Assembly: GCF_964355755.1 (NCBI RefSeq) | Contig: NC_092676.1 | Span: 28,910,871-28,974,870, forward strand | DNA: 64,000 nucleotides | From: Antedon mediterranea | Taxonomy: Eukaryota; Animalia; Echinodermata | Direction: 5' to 3' | Shown: positions 1 to 10,892 of the stretch, piece by piece | Position numbering within the stretch: position 1 is the first letter of the stretch | Layout of the letters: each line of letters opens with the position of its first letter | Notes under the pieces: model-generated | Told to the model about the DNA's origin: nothing | Seen by the model: the letters and a program-made list of their open reading frames with translations, nothing else | The model's database searches: none | Translations under genes and position numbers: made by a program

Positions 1-188
1 ATGTTCTGTCTACACTATCAAACTTTATGTGACAAAAAAAATGTGATGTGCCCATATATGGACATAATGATGTCAAATCACTACCATATTTGGGCACATC
101 ACACAGCTTAAGATGTCAATGCTCCTAGTTATTAGAATTTAGAGTTAGGATATCAGGTAGTCCGTGTATACATTAATGTGTTTCTTAC

Positions 189-2041
189 CGGAGTTGATCA
201 TCTTCAGTAAAAACTTTTCTCATTTTTTCTGTACATGCCATATTAGCTAAGATTCCAATACAGATTTCCTAAAAAAGAAATAGAAAGTCTTCTAAACTAC
301 TCTTAGTCAGCATTGTGTTTATGTTGTTTTTGCAAGTTCTCTGTCTACACTATCAAACTTTATGTGACAAAAAAATGTGATGTGCCCATATATAGACATG
401 ATGATGTCATATCATTACCATATTTGGGCACATCACGCTTTTTTTTGTCAAACTAGTTTGATAGTGTAGAAAAACCTTTACAAAAGTAAATAGACTTACT
501 GTGGTTCTAGGTGAATTTGTCTTAGCGACAACGCTGATGAGCATTTCAGCAGACTTCCATTCGTGGAGAAATGAAACAACTTCCTGAAAAGAATCCGATA
601 TTGATTTTTTAAATTGATCAAAGGATTATTACATGGGATAAAACTTAGATGCAGTGGCGTAACACACAGGGCAAAGGCCCTGGTTTAGCACTCCTAAGGG
701 GCCCTCCAACGCTGGGTAGTTGCATTGAACTGCTCATGCTCTGGGGTCTTTTGAGCTTGGGGCCCTAGGTTTAGCACTCCTAAGGGGCCCTCCAACGCTG
801 GGTAGTTGCATTAAACTGCTCATGCTCTGGGGCCTTTTGAGCTTGGGGCCCTAGGTTTAGCCAGTGAGTGCCCATAACCGTTACAGCACCGCTTCTAATG
901 AACTATGATCACTTGGCTCTCATTATTTGGAGAAATGTCATTTAAACATAACCACAGCAACTATTGGTTTTTGTTACGTATTACACTGTGTCTATAGTTA
1001 TTATAATAAATATTTGATGTGGGCCATTCTGCTATTCAAGAAAGATATATTACTTCAAAGGAGAAATGTTTTAGAGTGTAATTTACTTCCATTCAATGTA
1101 CAGTATCTTTTACCTCATTGGCTGACATATCCCATAATTTGCATAGCTCCTCCTCTAGTTCTTTGTCCATTTCAATTCCATTTGGATTATCATCATTATC
1201 TTTTTCATTACTTTTACTTGGCTCTTTTTCAACACCCTATAAAAAATGTAATTAACAGGTGAAGTAATCAAACTGAAACATAAATACAATTTGTAAAACT
1301 ACAGAAGGACAAAGCTGTCACATTGTTGTAATTGGTTCCTTCTCCTGTGGCGCCAAGTGTAAATCAACTCGATATGTTTATTATTATTATTAAAAGAAGA
1401 ATTTATAAAGCCTTAACTTAGTTGAGTAAATTATTACCTTTAAGAGATTAACAAGACATGACAAGACCCATTGTTTACTAAACACTGTACTTCCGATTAT
1501 GTCAGCTCGCAAAACATCTTGATCAATTAGATCCTCTGGGATTGGCGATGGATTTCGATCTGATAAATAAAATAAATAATTTTAATATTATAAATTAAAT
1601 TTTTGTTTGTTTAAATAATACATACAAGTTGTGAACACTGAAAAAATGACTAAAAAAAACTACAATACAATAATAAGCAGCACGTTTTGCAGGTGTTATG
1701 CAGATGATAATATCTTATTTTTATTCCTGCTGCAACCTTAAATCCACTAGATAGGTCTAGGCCGACGTCTAGAGAGGACAGACCCGACAGGTGGACACGT
1801 GCCTGCCCTCTCTCACGCCACCTCTCTAGCTAGGCTACACTGTTGTGTGTTGTACGACGGGAGCGTGGCCTATAGGCCTACTGTATGTAGGGTAGGCTAG
1901 GCTAGCTTTAAGTTTAGACTAGCCTACGCTATCGACGATATCATATGAAAAGATACATTTACACTATATAATTAATTATCAGATTCATATAAAGGACATT
2001 TGATATTTATTTAAAAGAACTAATTAGCTAGGCCTACCCAT
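189..2041 (-). CDS. SAAL1: Protein SAAL1 homolog, 5' part (5 coding exons; gene continues beyond window start)
   Basis: GT-AG exons 2041-2038, 1559-1438, 1236-1114, 583-500, 268-189 splice in frame to MDRNPSPIPEDL...ADIIGSTVFSKQWVLSCLVNLLK|...ELEEELCKLWDMSANE|EVVSFLHEW...KTNSPRTT|EICIGILANMAC. This matches the recalled SAAL1 N-terminus (MDRNPSP, IGSTVYSKHW, ICRVWDMS, EICVGILGNMAC). Confidence 0.92.
336..472. mobile_element. MITE family 1 (TIR AGCTCTGTCTACACTATCAAAC); further copies at 1-110 and 20611-20660 (partial)
   Basis: Near-identical dispersed copies with inverted ends (gtttgatagtgtaga). Confidence 0.8.
652..891. mobile_element. Degenerate hAT-like non-autonomous element with internal 86-bp tandem duplication
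   Basis: Starts cagtggcgtaac and ends with the imperfect inverse gttacagcaccg. Direct repeat units start at 682 and 768. Confidence 0.5.
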
Positions 2042-2049
2042 TTCTTTTT

Positions 2050-2720
2050 TGCTTTTTCACAACAAATGCAAGTCCCAAATGTTGGATCTCGCGCGGAATG
2101 GTGGGTATATCTATGGTACGCCAGTATATGGCACGTCAACAGAGTAAAATATGTGTTGGTAAAAAACCGCCGCAGATAAAACAACCAGTTTCTTTGTTTA
2201 TTTGTATAAAATTATAATGCAAATGTATCATCATCAACTTATATTTTATATATAATTCCTAAGACATTATACACTAGTAGTCTGGCACCATCATATTTCT
2301 ACGTGTGCGTACGTCGTCGTCGTCGTACGTGGGGGGTACGTCGTACATCATGTTGCTGTGATCAGCACACGCGCAATAGCCATGGTTATGCACGCGCGCG
2401 TATTTGGAGTAGCTATGGTAAATTTTATCTAAACATACGACGTCGTTTATTTATCACCACCTTTTTACGACTGATGTAGTATGTATAACCTACCTGTATG
2501 CGCCCCCTTGTTGCGAACTGATGGGTTACAGTTTGTTTTATAATATTAATACATCATTTTAAAGGACTACTAAAAAATGGGGTTAGCGCAAAATTTCAAA
2601 TACTTAGGTAGGTATAAAATATTTCTAATGCTCTTTTTTCTAGCCTTCTTTATATAGGCCTTGGCCTCTAGGAAGAAGATCTAAGGAAATATAATATAAC
2701 GTTGAGTTTTATTTATCTTT
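2050..2720. promoter_or_regulatory. Probable bidirectional promoter between SAAL1 and the unknown gene
   Basis: Divergent start codons 720 bp apart. CpG/ACGT-rich patch at about 2080-2460 in otherwise AT-rich DNA. Confidence 0.5.
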
Positions 2721-2760
2721 TAAAGGAAATGATGTCGTCACCAAAGAAGTAGTAAAACAG

Positions 2761-5275
2761 ATGATGAACACAAACATTGACAATCTTATTATTATGATAG
2801 GCCTGTGCATGATGTACACAATTGTTTTGTACTTCATTAAATATAATGCAAAAAATAAAAGAAGACATAATATCAAGTCCTTATCATCAACAGCAGGTAT
2901 CAATAGACATAAGTGCAGATGTGAACTGGAGCGATTAAAAAATGGCTACTCAACAAGTGATGATACAATTAAAACAGAATGTAATTCAAATAACAATAAC
3001 GATATTGATAATCGGAACAGCAAAGGCGTCATGCATGTCTTGTTGACGCCATTTCGTCAATTGCGGAAGGTTTATCGTAGGTTTCGGTACAGAACATCGA
3101 ATTCTGTTCTTCAAGATCCGCAAACTGGTCATCATGAGTCAGAAACAAGATCCAATCAACGAATTGATAATTCCCAGGCTAGTGACGTCAGTCGACAAAG
3201 ACATCGTCGACAAAAGGCATTTCGATGGTTGGACAAAACAATATCATCGGATGATGAGGGCGGAGCAGTTCAGGTTAACCCACGAAGAAAGATCAAGAAT
3301 TCTAATTCTACAGCAGTAGTTGAGCAGCCAAGACGACGTCTTGTTAGATATTCTTCTTCAGATATCTCTTCAGACACCTCTACTGATACATCCTCCTCCT
3401 CCTCTTCTTCCTCCTCCTCCTCCTCCTCCTCAGATTCTTCGTCCGATGATAGCAGCACTGATTCCAGTCAATCCTGCGAAAATGTTCATGAAGATAGCAC
3501 CAAGATCAGACCGCGACCACCTCTCCTGGCCCACTCTCAGTCAAGCTCTAGTTCGTCTCTATCTATAGGATCTTCCTTCGAAAACAGAAATGAAAACAGT
3601 AACTCCACTACGCAGCAGAACAAGGTCAGTTGGGGTTTTGCAGAACTCGACAGTAATTGCTCAGTTAATACATCTATAGAAAATAATGACGACATCAAAC
3701 TTCAAGGAGCACAAGTTACAACAACCAGACGAACAACAGACGTTAAACCTCGTTGTGTTGAACCAGGCGATGCGGGCGATGATGATGATGACACCAGCAA
3801 ACTATTCAATAACAAATGTCGGTCTATATTGAAACCACGTGAATATACCGTTGCAGCAGTTCGATCATTCCACTTCAGCATCCCAGCCAAAAACCAATTA
3901 ACTAACCCTGATCATCCACAACAATCGTTAATAGACATAAACTGGACAAGAGGACATAAAAACGACCGGCAATTACCAAGCAAACCGATCAACGGTAAAT
4001 CGCCAGAAGAGCACAACCTGACCGAAGTCACCAATCAAACCCACTTCATAAGCCAAGAAGTACCATTGGTCAACCAAGGCGTTACGACAAAAAAACCAAC
4101 CCAATCAAGTACTTCTAGCACAGATACGATCATAAATGGAGAAGGTCTCCATCAAGCGAATCAGGTTCACAAACAACGTTTTATTCCATATCGAAAACGA
4201 CCTCTTACAGGCATGGGTCTCAACACCAAATGCATCCACAAACCAGTATGGGAAAAACTAACCAAAACAGACGTGTCCCCGGATGTCATTCCTCACCATG
4301 ACTATCTACACAAAATACAAGATCATGCTAATTCAATAGATTACGATGATGTAGACAGATTAAAACGTGATCATCTTGGAAAACAGCTAAAATATGACGT
4401 CAGCTTTAAAGATCAGATCTCAGTGGTATCTGAAAGAAATGAGAGGCGTGCCTTCAGGAATAGTAGTTCTTCAACAAAATCTCACACAGTAGAAGAGAAA
4501 CAGCCTGAACTTCCTATCCCAATTCACTACAGAAAGGTAACAACAAATATTTTACAGTAGGCATACATTTTATGTTTACCTTCTCGTTTTTAAGAATTAT
4601 AAAAGACTGGTTCTCTGAAATAAAATCGGTTGTGTAGGCTTACATACCGGGCACATACAACAAAACGTGAATGAGTAACAAACTGACTTTTATTATCTTA
4701 TGTAGATTGATCACAACAAAATTAAACATGGACGACAGAACAAACTTATTTCAACAAATCCCTTCATGCACATCGACCATCAGGACAGTTTCTTTGAATG
4801 TAAGTAATGAAACGAATTCATATTTCAGTTAATATTTCATTTTCCAAAGCCCATACAGACCCAAAATATGACATCCACATTTAGATCGTATACCTGTCAG
4901 TGGCGTGTATGGGGTAGATAAAGTTTACGCAGTTTTTGTTTTTCTGTATTAAGGCCAATTTACACAGACGAGCGGTAACGGTAAGCGGAAACCCGAGTAG
5001 CTTGTCTAATGTAGAATCTGTATCTATCTCCCTGAGCGCAAACTGCACGTCCGCTCCGCGTTGTGGTAATACGTTCATAGGTTGTTCTATATTTGTATTA
5101 CCGTTACCGCTCATCTGCAGTGTAAACGTTGTAACGTTGTTTTCTCATTCTAGCTGCAGAGTACGGGGATGTGTTAGACCATCTACTGCAAGAAAGAATA
5201 ACAACGTGTACAGCAGGACTAATGGACCACGGCCAACATCTAGGCTTAGCAATGTTTGAAAAGATGATAAGATAA
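2761..5275 (+). CDS. Uncharacterised ~663-aa protein: N-terminal hydrophobic anchor, long Ser/Asp/Thr-rich low-complexity region, short helical-looking C-terminus
   Basis: 599-codon ORF in AT-rich DNA. Donor AAG|gtaaca at 4536, exon 4706-4799 (tgtag...T|gtaagt) and exon 5154-5275 (ttctag|CT GCA GAG...AGA TAA) have consistent phases. TM-like segment LIIMIGLCMMYTIVLYFI. No family recognised. Confidence 0.75.
4952..5128. mobile_element. PIF/Harbinger-like MITE (TIR AGGCCAATTTACACAGACGAGCGGTAACGGTAA)
   Basis: Left TIR identical to that at 50774. Degenerate right TIR at 5099-5128. Confidence 0.8.
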
Positions 5276-5466
5276 GATAATATGAAAAGATTCTTGTAAA
5301 ATGTTCTGATAAAGTATTATAAGAAGACGAAGATTATGTATCATAATAAATAAGGCCGAAATGAAAATAATATGTGATCATCTTTAAGCTTTATACGATA
5401 AATCTAATAATATAATTATTCATAATACAGTGGTGTTACCTCAAAACTGCCTCCGATAATAACTGT

Positions 5467-5810
5467 CAATTTACACAGACGAGCGGTAACGGTAAGCGGA
5501 AAACCGCGTAGCTTGTCCCACGTACGTAGAGTCTGTATCTATCCTGAGCGGAAACCGTCCGTCCGCTCCGCATTGTGATGGTCATGCTTAGTTCCCATCA
5601 CTACAGACGCAACGCAAGGACGTAACGCAGCGTAAATGATTCGATCAGTCACAAGCGATGGATTATTCAAACTATTGCTTGTCATTGGTCAACTCGCTTG
5701 CGTTGCGTCTACGTCACTCTCTGCGTTGCGTCCTTGTGTGAACTAAGCTTTAGGAAAAACATTAAAATATATATTCTATACCGTTACCGCTCGTCTGTGT
5801 AAATTGGCCT
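5467..5810. mobile_element. Second copy of the same MITE, with a nested acgcaacgcaa-type MITE at about 5585-5750
   Basis: caatttacacagacgagcggtaacggtaa at the left, ccgttaccgctcgtctgtgtaaattggcct at the right. Confidence 0.8.
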
Positions 5811-8507
5811 TTTTACTTCGTTAAATACCGCTCAGTATCGTCTGCTGATACATGTTCAAACGACCGTAGCTAATGACATCACTACTGGAATGGATTGTTC
5901 CGAGTGATATGTTACAAACATATGGTATATCTGTATATTATATGTGTTTATCAGTTACTGTTGAAATGAGGAGAGTAAAGGGAGCTACAGGTCTGCTTTT
6001 CTATACGCCAAACAACCCAAACTGAGGAGGAGGCATCCGTAAGTAAGCAAGTTTATTGTGCTTTATCCTAACTTTAAATGTTAATGTGTTGTATGTTAAA
6101 TGTATTGAATGTTAAATGTATTGAATGTTAATGTGTTGTATGTTAAATGTATTGAATGTTTGTATTTCAACATAAGATATCAATGTTCTAATGGCTTACA
6201 GTGTTATCTAATTCTTAATAAGAATTTAAGTATTTTGTATTTTCGGTAAGTCTTGTTTTAGCATGTTTTCAATTAACATACCATAGGCCTAATCAAAATA
6301 ATCATCACATTAATGTTTGAAATTTGGCAATTGTATCATACCAGCTCAGTAGATAGACCTATGTATATTTTTTGTAGGCCTATTCTGTCACTGGTTTGGT
6401 TCGTTCACTTAGACCGGACTAACTCCTTCAAAAATGGTAATAATAACTATACTATTTAGTAGGCCTAAACTACATCATAATAGTGTATAGGTATGACGCA
6501 ACGAATGTAATATTACAACAACAAACGACACGATAATTTCAATTGCGGAAACAGGATTTGTTATTGCGGTGTCTAAATAAATTATAAACGGCATTATTGG
6601 CTTATCTGCGAATGTATTAACAGATGGAGAACTAAGTACATGAATTAAATCGCCTACGGTGCCAATGACTTTCAATTTCATATTTAATTAACTCAAAATG
6701 TCGTGTTTTTGTTGTCAGAGACATGTCCGCCGCACGCGTACAATTAAAAGCGCGTGCGGTTTTTAGACGTACAGGTGACGTGCCTATGGATGGATTTTAC
6801 TTTTAGATTATCATCTAATGTCAATGTGTTGAATTTATAGTATATAATATTAATTTAAAAGTTTAAAAAGTAGTATAATAAGCATAAACAATTTGGACGC
6901 AAACAGGTGACCAATCACAAGCGACACTTCGGACAAGCCATCACGTCGTGATTGGTCAAATTGCTTGCGCGGTGTGCGCTTACGTCTTTGCGTTGCGTTC
7001 TATAGTGAAAAACAAGCTTTTGACAAATAAATTCCAGATATATCAGCTTACTTGAAATGTTTTGTGAAACTATTTGGATCTAACATCTAATGTTATTGTA
7101 CATTAATAAAGTAAACATTTGATATTGGTTGTTGGTAGGCCTAATTATATCACAAGGGAATGACAACGCGACTCATCCATTGTGTGTTACAGGCCACAGT
7201 TACGTTAATTTAATAACACTTTAATAGGTCAACCAGTAATGAGCCGCTTATCGTTTTTCTATTAATAACTGTTATGATTTCTTGCAATTTGACATTTAAG
7301 CGAAGTATATCAGACTAGATGGTAATTAGGACGAATTCATTAAAATAACGTTAATGGTGTGATAACAGCATAGTGTTTAGTCTTTAGTCTTTCCTTGCTA
7401 TTTATATTTGTTTTTTCTATGTATTGTATATGGCAGAAATTGAATAAATAAAAACAAATTTTTAAAATAACTGTCGAATATTGTGTTTATCTTCAAAAAA
7501 AAAAAAACAACAATTGACTTGAATAAACAAACGTACATTTGCAGTAATTCTTTGACAAATAGACAAATATGCATAGGCCTACTCTCCATTTCGGTGTTGC
7601 AACTGATACAATTAGGTGCAATGGATGGACACTCAGGTACGACAAGAATGTCATGCTTTTGTTGTTTATTTCTTTATTAGCATGTTAAGACGACAAGAAG
7701 TATGCCAGTTACAAAGAGACAATAGTAGGCCAACTGGCTTACCGTACGAAGTAAAACCTGAACCCACGCCCCTGAGATTGGAAGCCAATACAAAGCTAAA
7801 GTAAAAGTACCACGAACTGATATGATACACACTGTTCAGTATCGCACCACTTTAATATAAAAGTACTGTAGTAAACTTTTAGGTCGCTTACCTTATAATA
7901 AATTACTACACTGTCATAACAACATAATATTAGCTGGCCGATCCAGAAGAGAGATTGGTCCAAGGCGCGCTTGCGTCATCAAACGTCATCACGTGCTATT
8001 TACATTAACAACTCAATTCTAAATGTTTAAATGCTGTCCTCGCGGCCCTTGTTAGGCTTGTCATTGCTGGCACTGATGACGCGATGATGTAACTCATCCA
8101 CAATGACCTAGAAATGTCAACTTTAATACTGCAATTAAAAAATTCAATAACAACATACAAATCATTATGTCTGTATAATATCATATCAATAAGTATTCAT
8201 ATTATAAATTGGTACATCGATATTCATTCAATACTGTCTAAAGCTTGGTTCTACTTGGACGACGCAACGCAATGATGTAAGCGCAACGTACGTAATTTGA
8301 CCAATCACACGCAATTGGTTATTGAAGTGTCACTTTGGCCAAGTTGCGTTGTGCTTACGTCATCGCGTTAAGTCCTAGTGGGAGAACCTAGCTTTAAAAT
8401 GATAACTAGGTTTTCTATTTATTATTTATTAAAGAGGAAGATTAAAATGTGCTTCGTTCTGTTTGTTTTTTTTATAGAATTTACGTCGTAAAATTGTATA
8501 TGTCACG

Positions 8508-9811
8508 ATGGGTTGTGAGTGTGCATATGCTTGCAGTCGGAACGGAATACTCAAGTTTTTCGAAATTGTAAGTAGGCCTGCGGAAAACAACTAAACAATT
8601 CGATGACGGAACGACGAGACAAACGTTCAGCAACGCGACGACGAGACAAACGTATCAGCAACACAACGACGTGAGAAACAAAGGACGTGGAATTTAAATA
8701 CGCGAAAATGATATAGAACGATTTATCCTCAATTTCACTTTGTTTTGATTATTTTCTAGGCGTTTATGTTGGTCGCTTTTGCATTTGTAATGAACGTAAT
8801 AGATGACGTTTTGAACAATCCATACTGCAATGAAATCGTCAAAGACTTCTACGGTTACAGATGCGTACCTAACGAGTACTCGGTGTTTGTGGCACTCACA
8901 TTCATCGTAGCCGTTAATGTACTGCTGCTATTGGTAATTCGTACGTTATCAGATACGCGCATTGCCATTAGATATGTAAGTTGTTGTTTATAAACCAGAC
9001 ATCGGTAAATTTTTAAATAAGGTTTTCAAAGTACTGTACATCAAATAATTAAAATATAGAAAATGACAAGTAGATCCATTTTCAACAGCATTATGGAAAA
9101 GGGGATAAAGAAATCATAAATACGCTCCGCCCACACAAACACTGACGTTACGCGTGTGCCTCAACTTTTTTTCAACAAAACAATTCTCGAAAAATGTCAT
9201 CTGGTAATAATAATTTATGTTTGTATGGTCTACTTTCATGGTTTATCCAATGAAAAAAATACATACATTAAATACATACATTAAATACATACATTAAAGA
9301 AAATACATAAAAGAAAATACATACATTAAATACATACATTAAAGAAAATACATAAAAGAAAATACATACATTAAATACATACATTAAATACATACATTAA
9401 AGAAAATACATAAAAGAAAATACATAAAATACATACATTAAACTGTGAATAAAAACAAGTATATATGTGTTTTATTCGTTATAGGAGTTAGTGTGTTGTT
9501 AGTGTGTTGTTATTATTCGTTATAGGAGTTAGTGTGTTGTTTCTTCGAATTTTCATTTGTCATCATAGCTGTGGTCGTGTTGACGTCTAGAATCGTCCAA
9601 TACAGCAAAGTCGTACGAAGAGAACTCATAGGCGTGGTATGATGTATACAATTATTATTCAGTGCAATTATATCTTTATCATCACCTCTTAAATTAATTT
9701 CAGAAATTGTCCATTCTTTTTTTTCTTTCTCAGGTGATTGCCTTTTTATCATTCCCGTTGTTTCTACTCGATGCTCACTTTGCTTATCAAAAGTCTGCAA
9801 TAATGTTTTGA
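8508..9811 (+). CDS. MARVEL-domain (CMTM/plasmolipin-like) 4-TM protein, copy F, ~154 aa
   Basis: Exons 8508-8567 (MGCECAYACSRNGILKFFEI), 8760-8975, 9526-9636, 9734-9811. All introns are GT-AG phase 0. Four hydrophobic segments, MARVEL-type GILKxxE start motif, same exon plan as the minus-strand copies. Confidence 0.8.
9258..9442. repeat. AT-rich compound minisatellite (atacatacattaa / agaaaatacat)
   Basis: Direct reading; lies in intron 2 of copy F. Confidence 0.85.
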
Positions 9812-10892
9812 AACGGCTGTAGTGGGTCTATCGTATTCAGCAAGTTGTAATACTGTATATATGCTCAGTACACATCTAGATAGATGAGCATTAACGTCTA
9901 AACGCCATACATTGCGCTGAACATGGTATAAGCAAGGTCGTTAATGCGAGTAAAGCTCGAGTCGTCAAATACTTAGCGTGTCTCTAAACACATAATATAC
10001 ATATTGTACATTTAGATTATATTTGTTTACAAATAAAATTGAAAAAAAAAACATGTTTCTGTTATATTTTTTGGCCAATCACAAGCCAATATCATTCCCA
10101 CCACACGACGCAATGACGTACGCGCAAATCAAGTTATTTGACCAGTCAAAGTCCAACTTCGTTTCCACTGACGTGCGCCCAACAGCTGCTTTGATTGGTG
10201 AAATCGTTTGCAAAAAATTGAACAGACGATAAAATGACATCTAGCTATTTATTCTAATATCCCAAATACATTTAAAAAAAACTACAACTATTTATAAAAT
10301 GAGCATAACATTTATTCTGTATAACAAATGACATTTTAAAGTGGACACATCATTAATGTTCCCATTACATTAACAGTAATACTACATTATTCATCAATAC
10401 TTACTATTATTTACTGTCGCTGTGCTTAACACGCCCTCTAGAATTTTTATTAGAACTGGTATTTTGTTTGAACAATTTGACATACTTTACCTAATAAAAT
10501 TTAACATCACCTTAAAATTCACCAACGTCAAAACCACCATGTGTTTTATCTAATAAAAGATTTTTATTCTCAATTTTAAAATTTAGATCATTTGTATAGG
10601 ATAACTGGTGAACATATATAAAATATCAAATTTAGCAGTTATGATTGAGAAAAATTGTAAATAAAATATGCAAATGACACAGAACATGGTTAAATTGACA
10701 GCATTTTACAATATTTAAAGTAAACTCATTAAAAAATATCACCAGATGTAAAGATGAGGAAGTGTTTTTATGCCGACTCTGTACATACAATACTTTACCT
10801 TAAAACATACAAAATTATATAATTGTAACGATCCACTGTGTATAGTTTGTGAAATTCTGCTTTACAAGTTATTGATAAAATGTAATAGTGAT

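Noticed and set aside
927-1262. 111-aa plus-strand ORF
   Set aside because: Antisense to SAAL1 exon 3.
6475-6681. 68-aa ATG-initiated minus-strand ORF
   Set aside because: No recognisable homology or linked exons; the length is compatible with chance.
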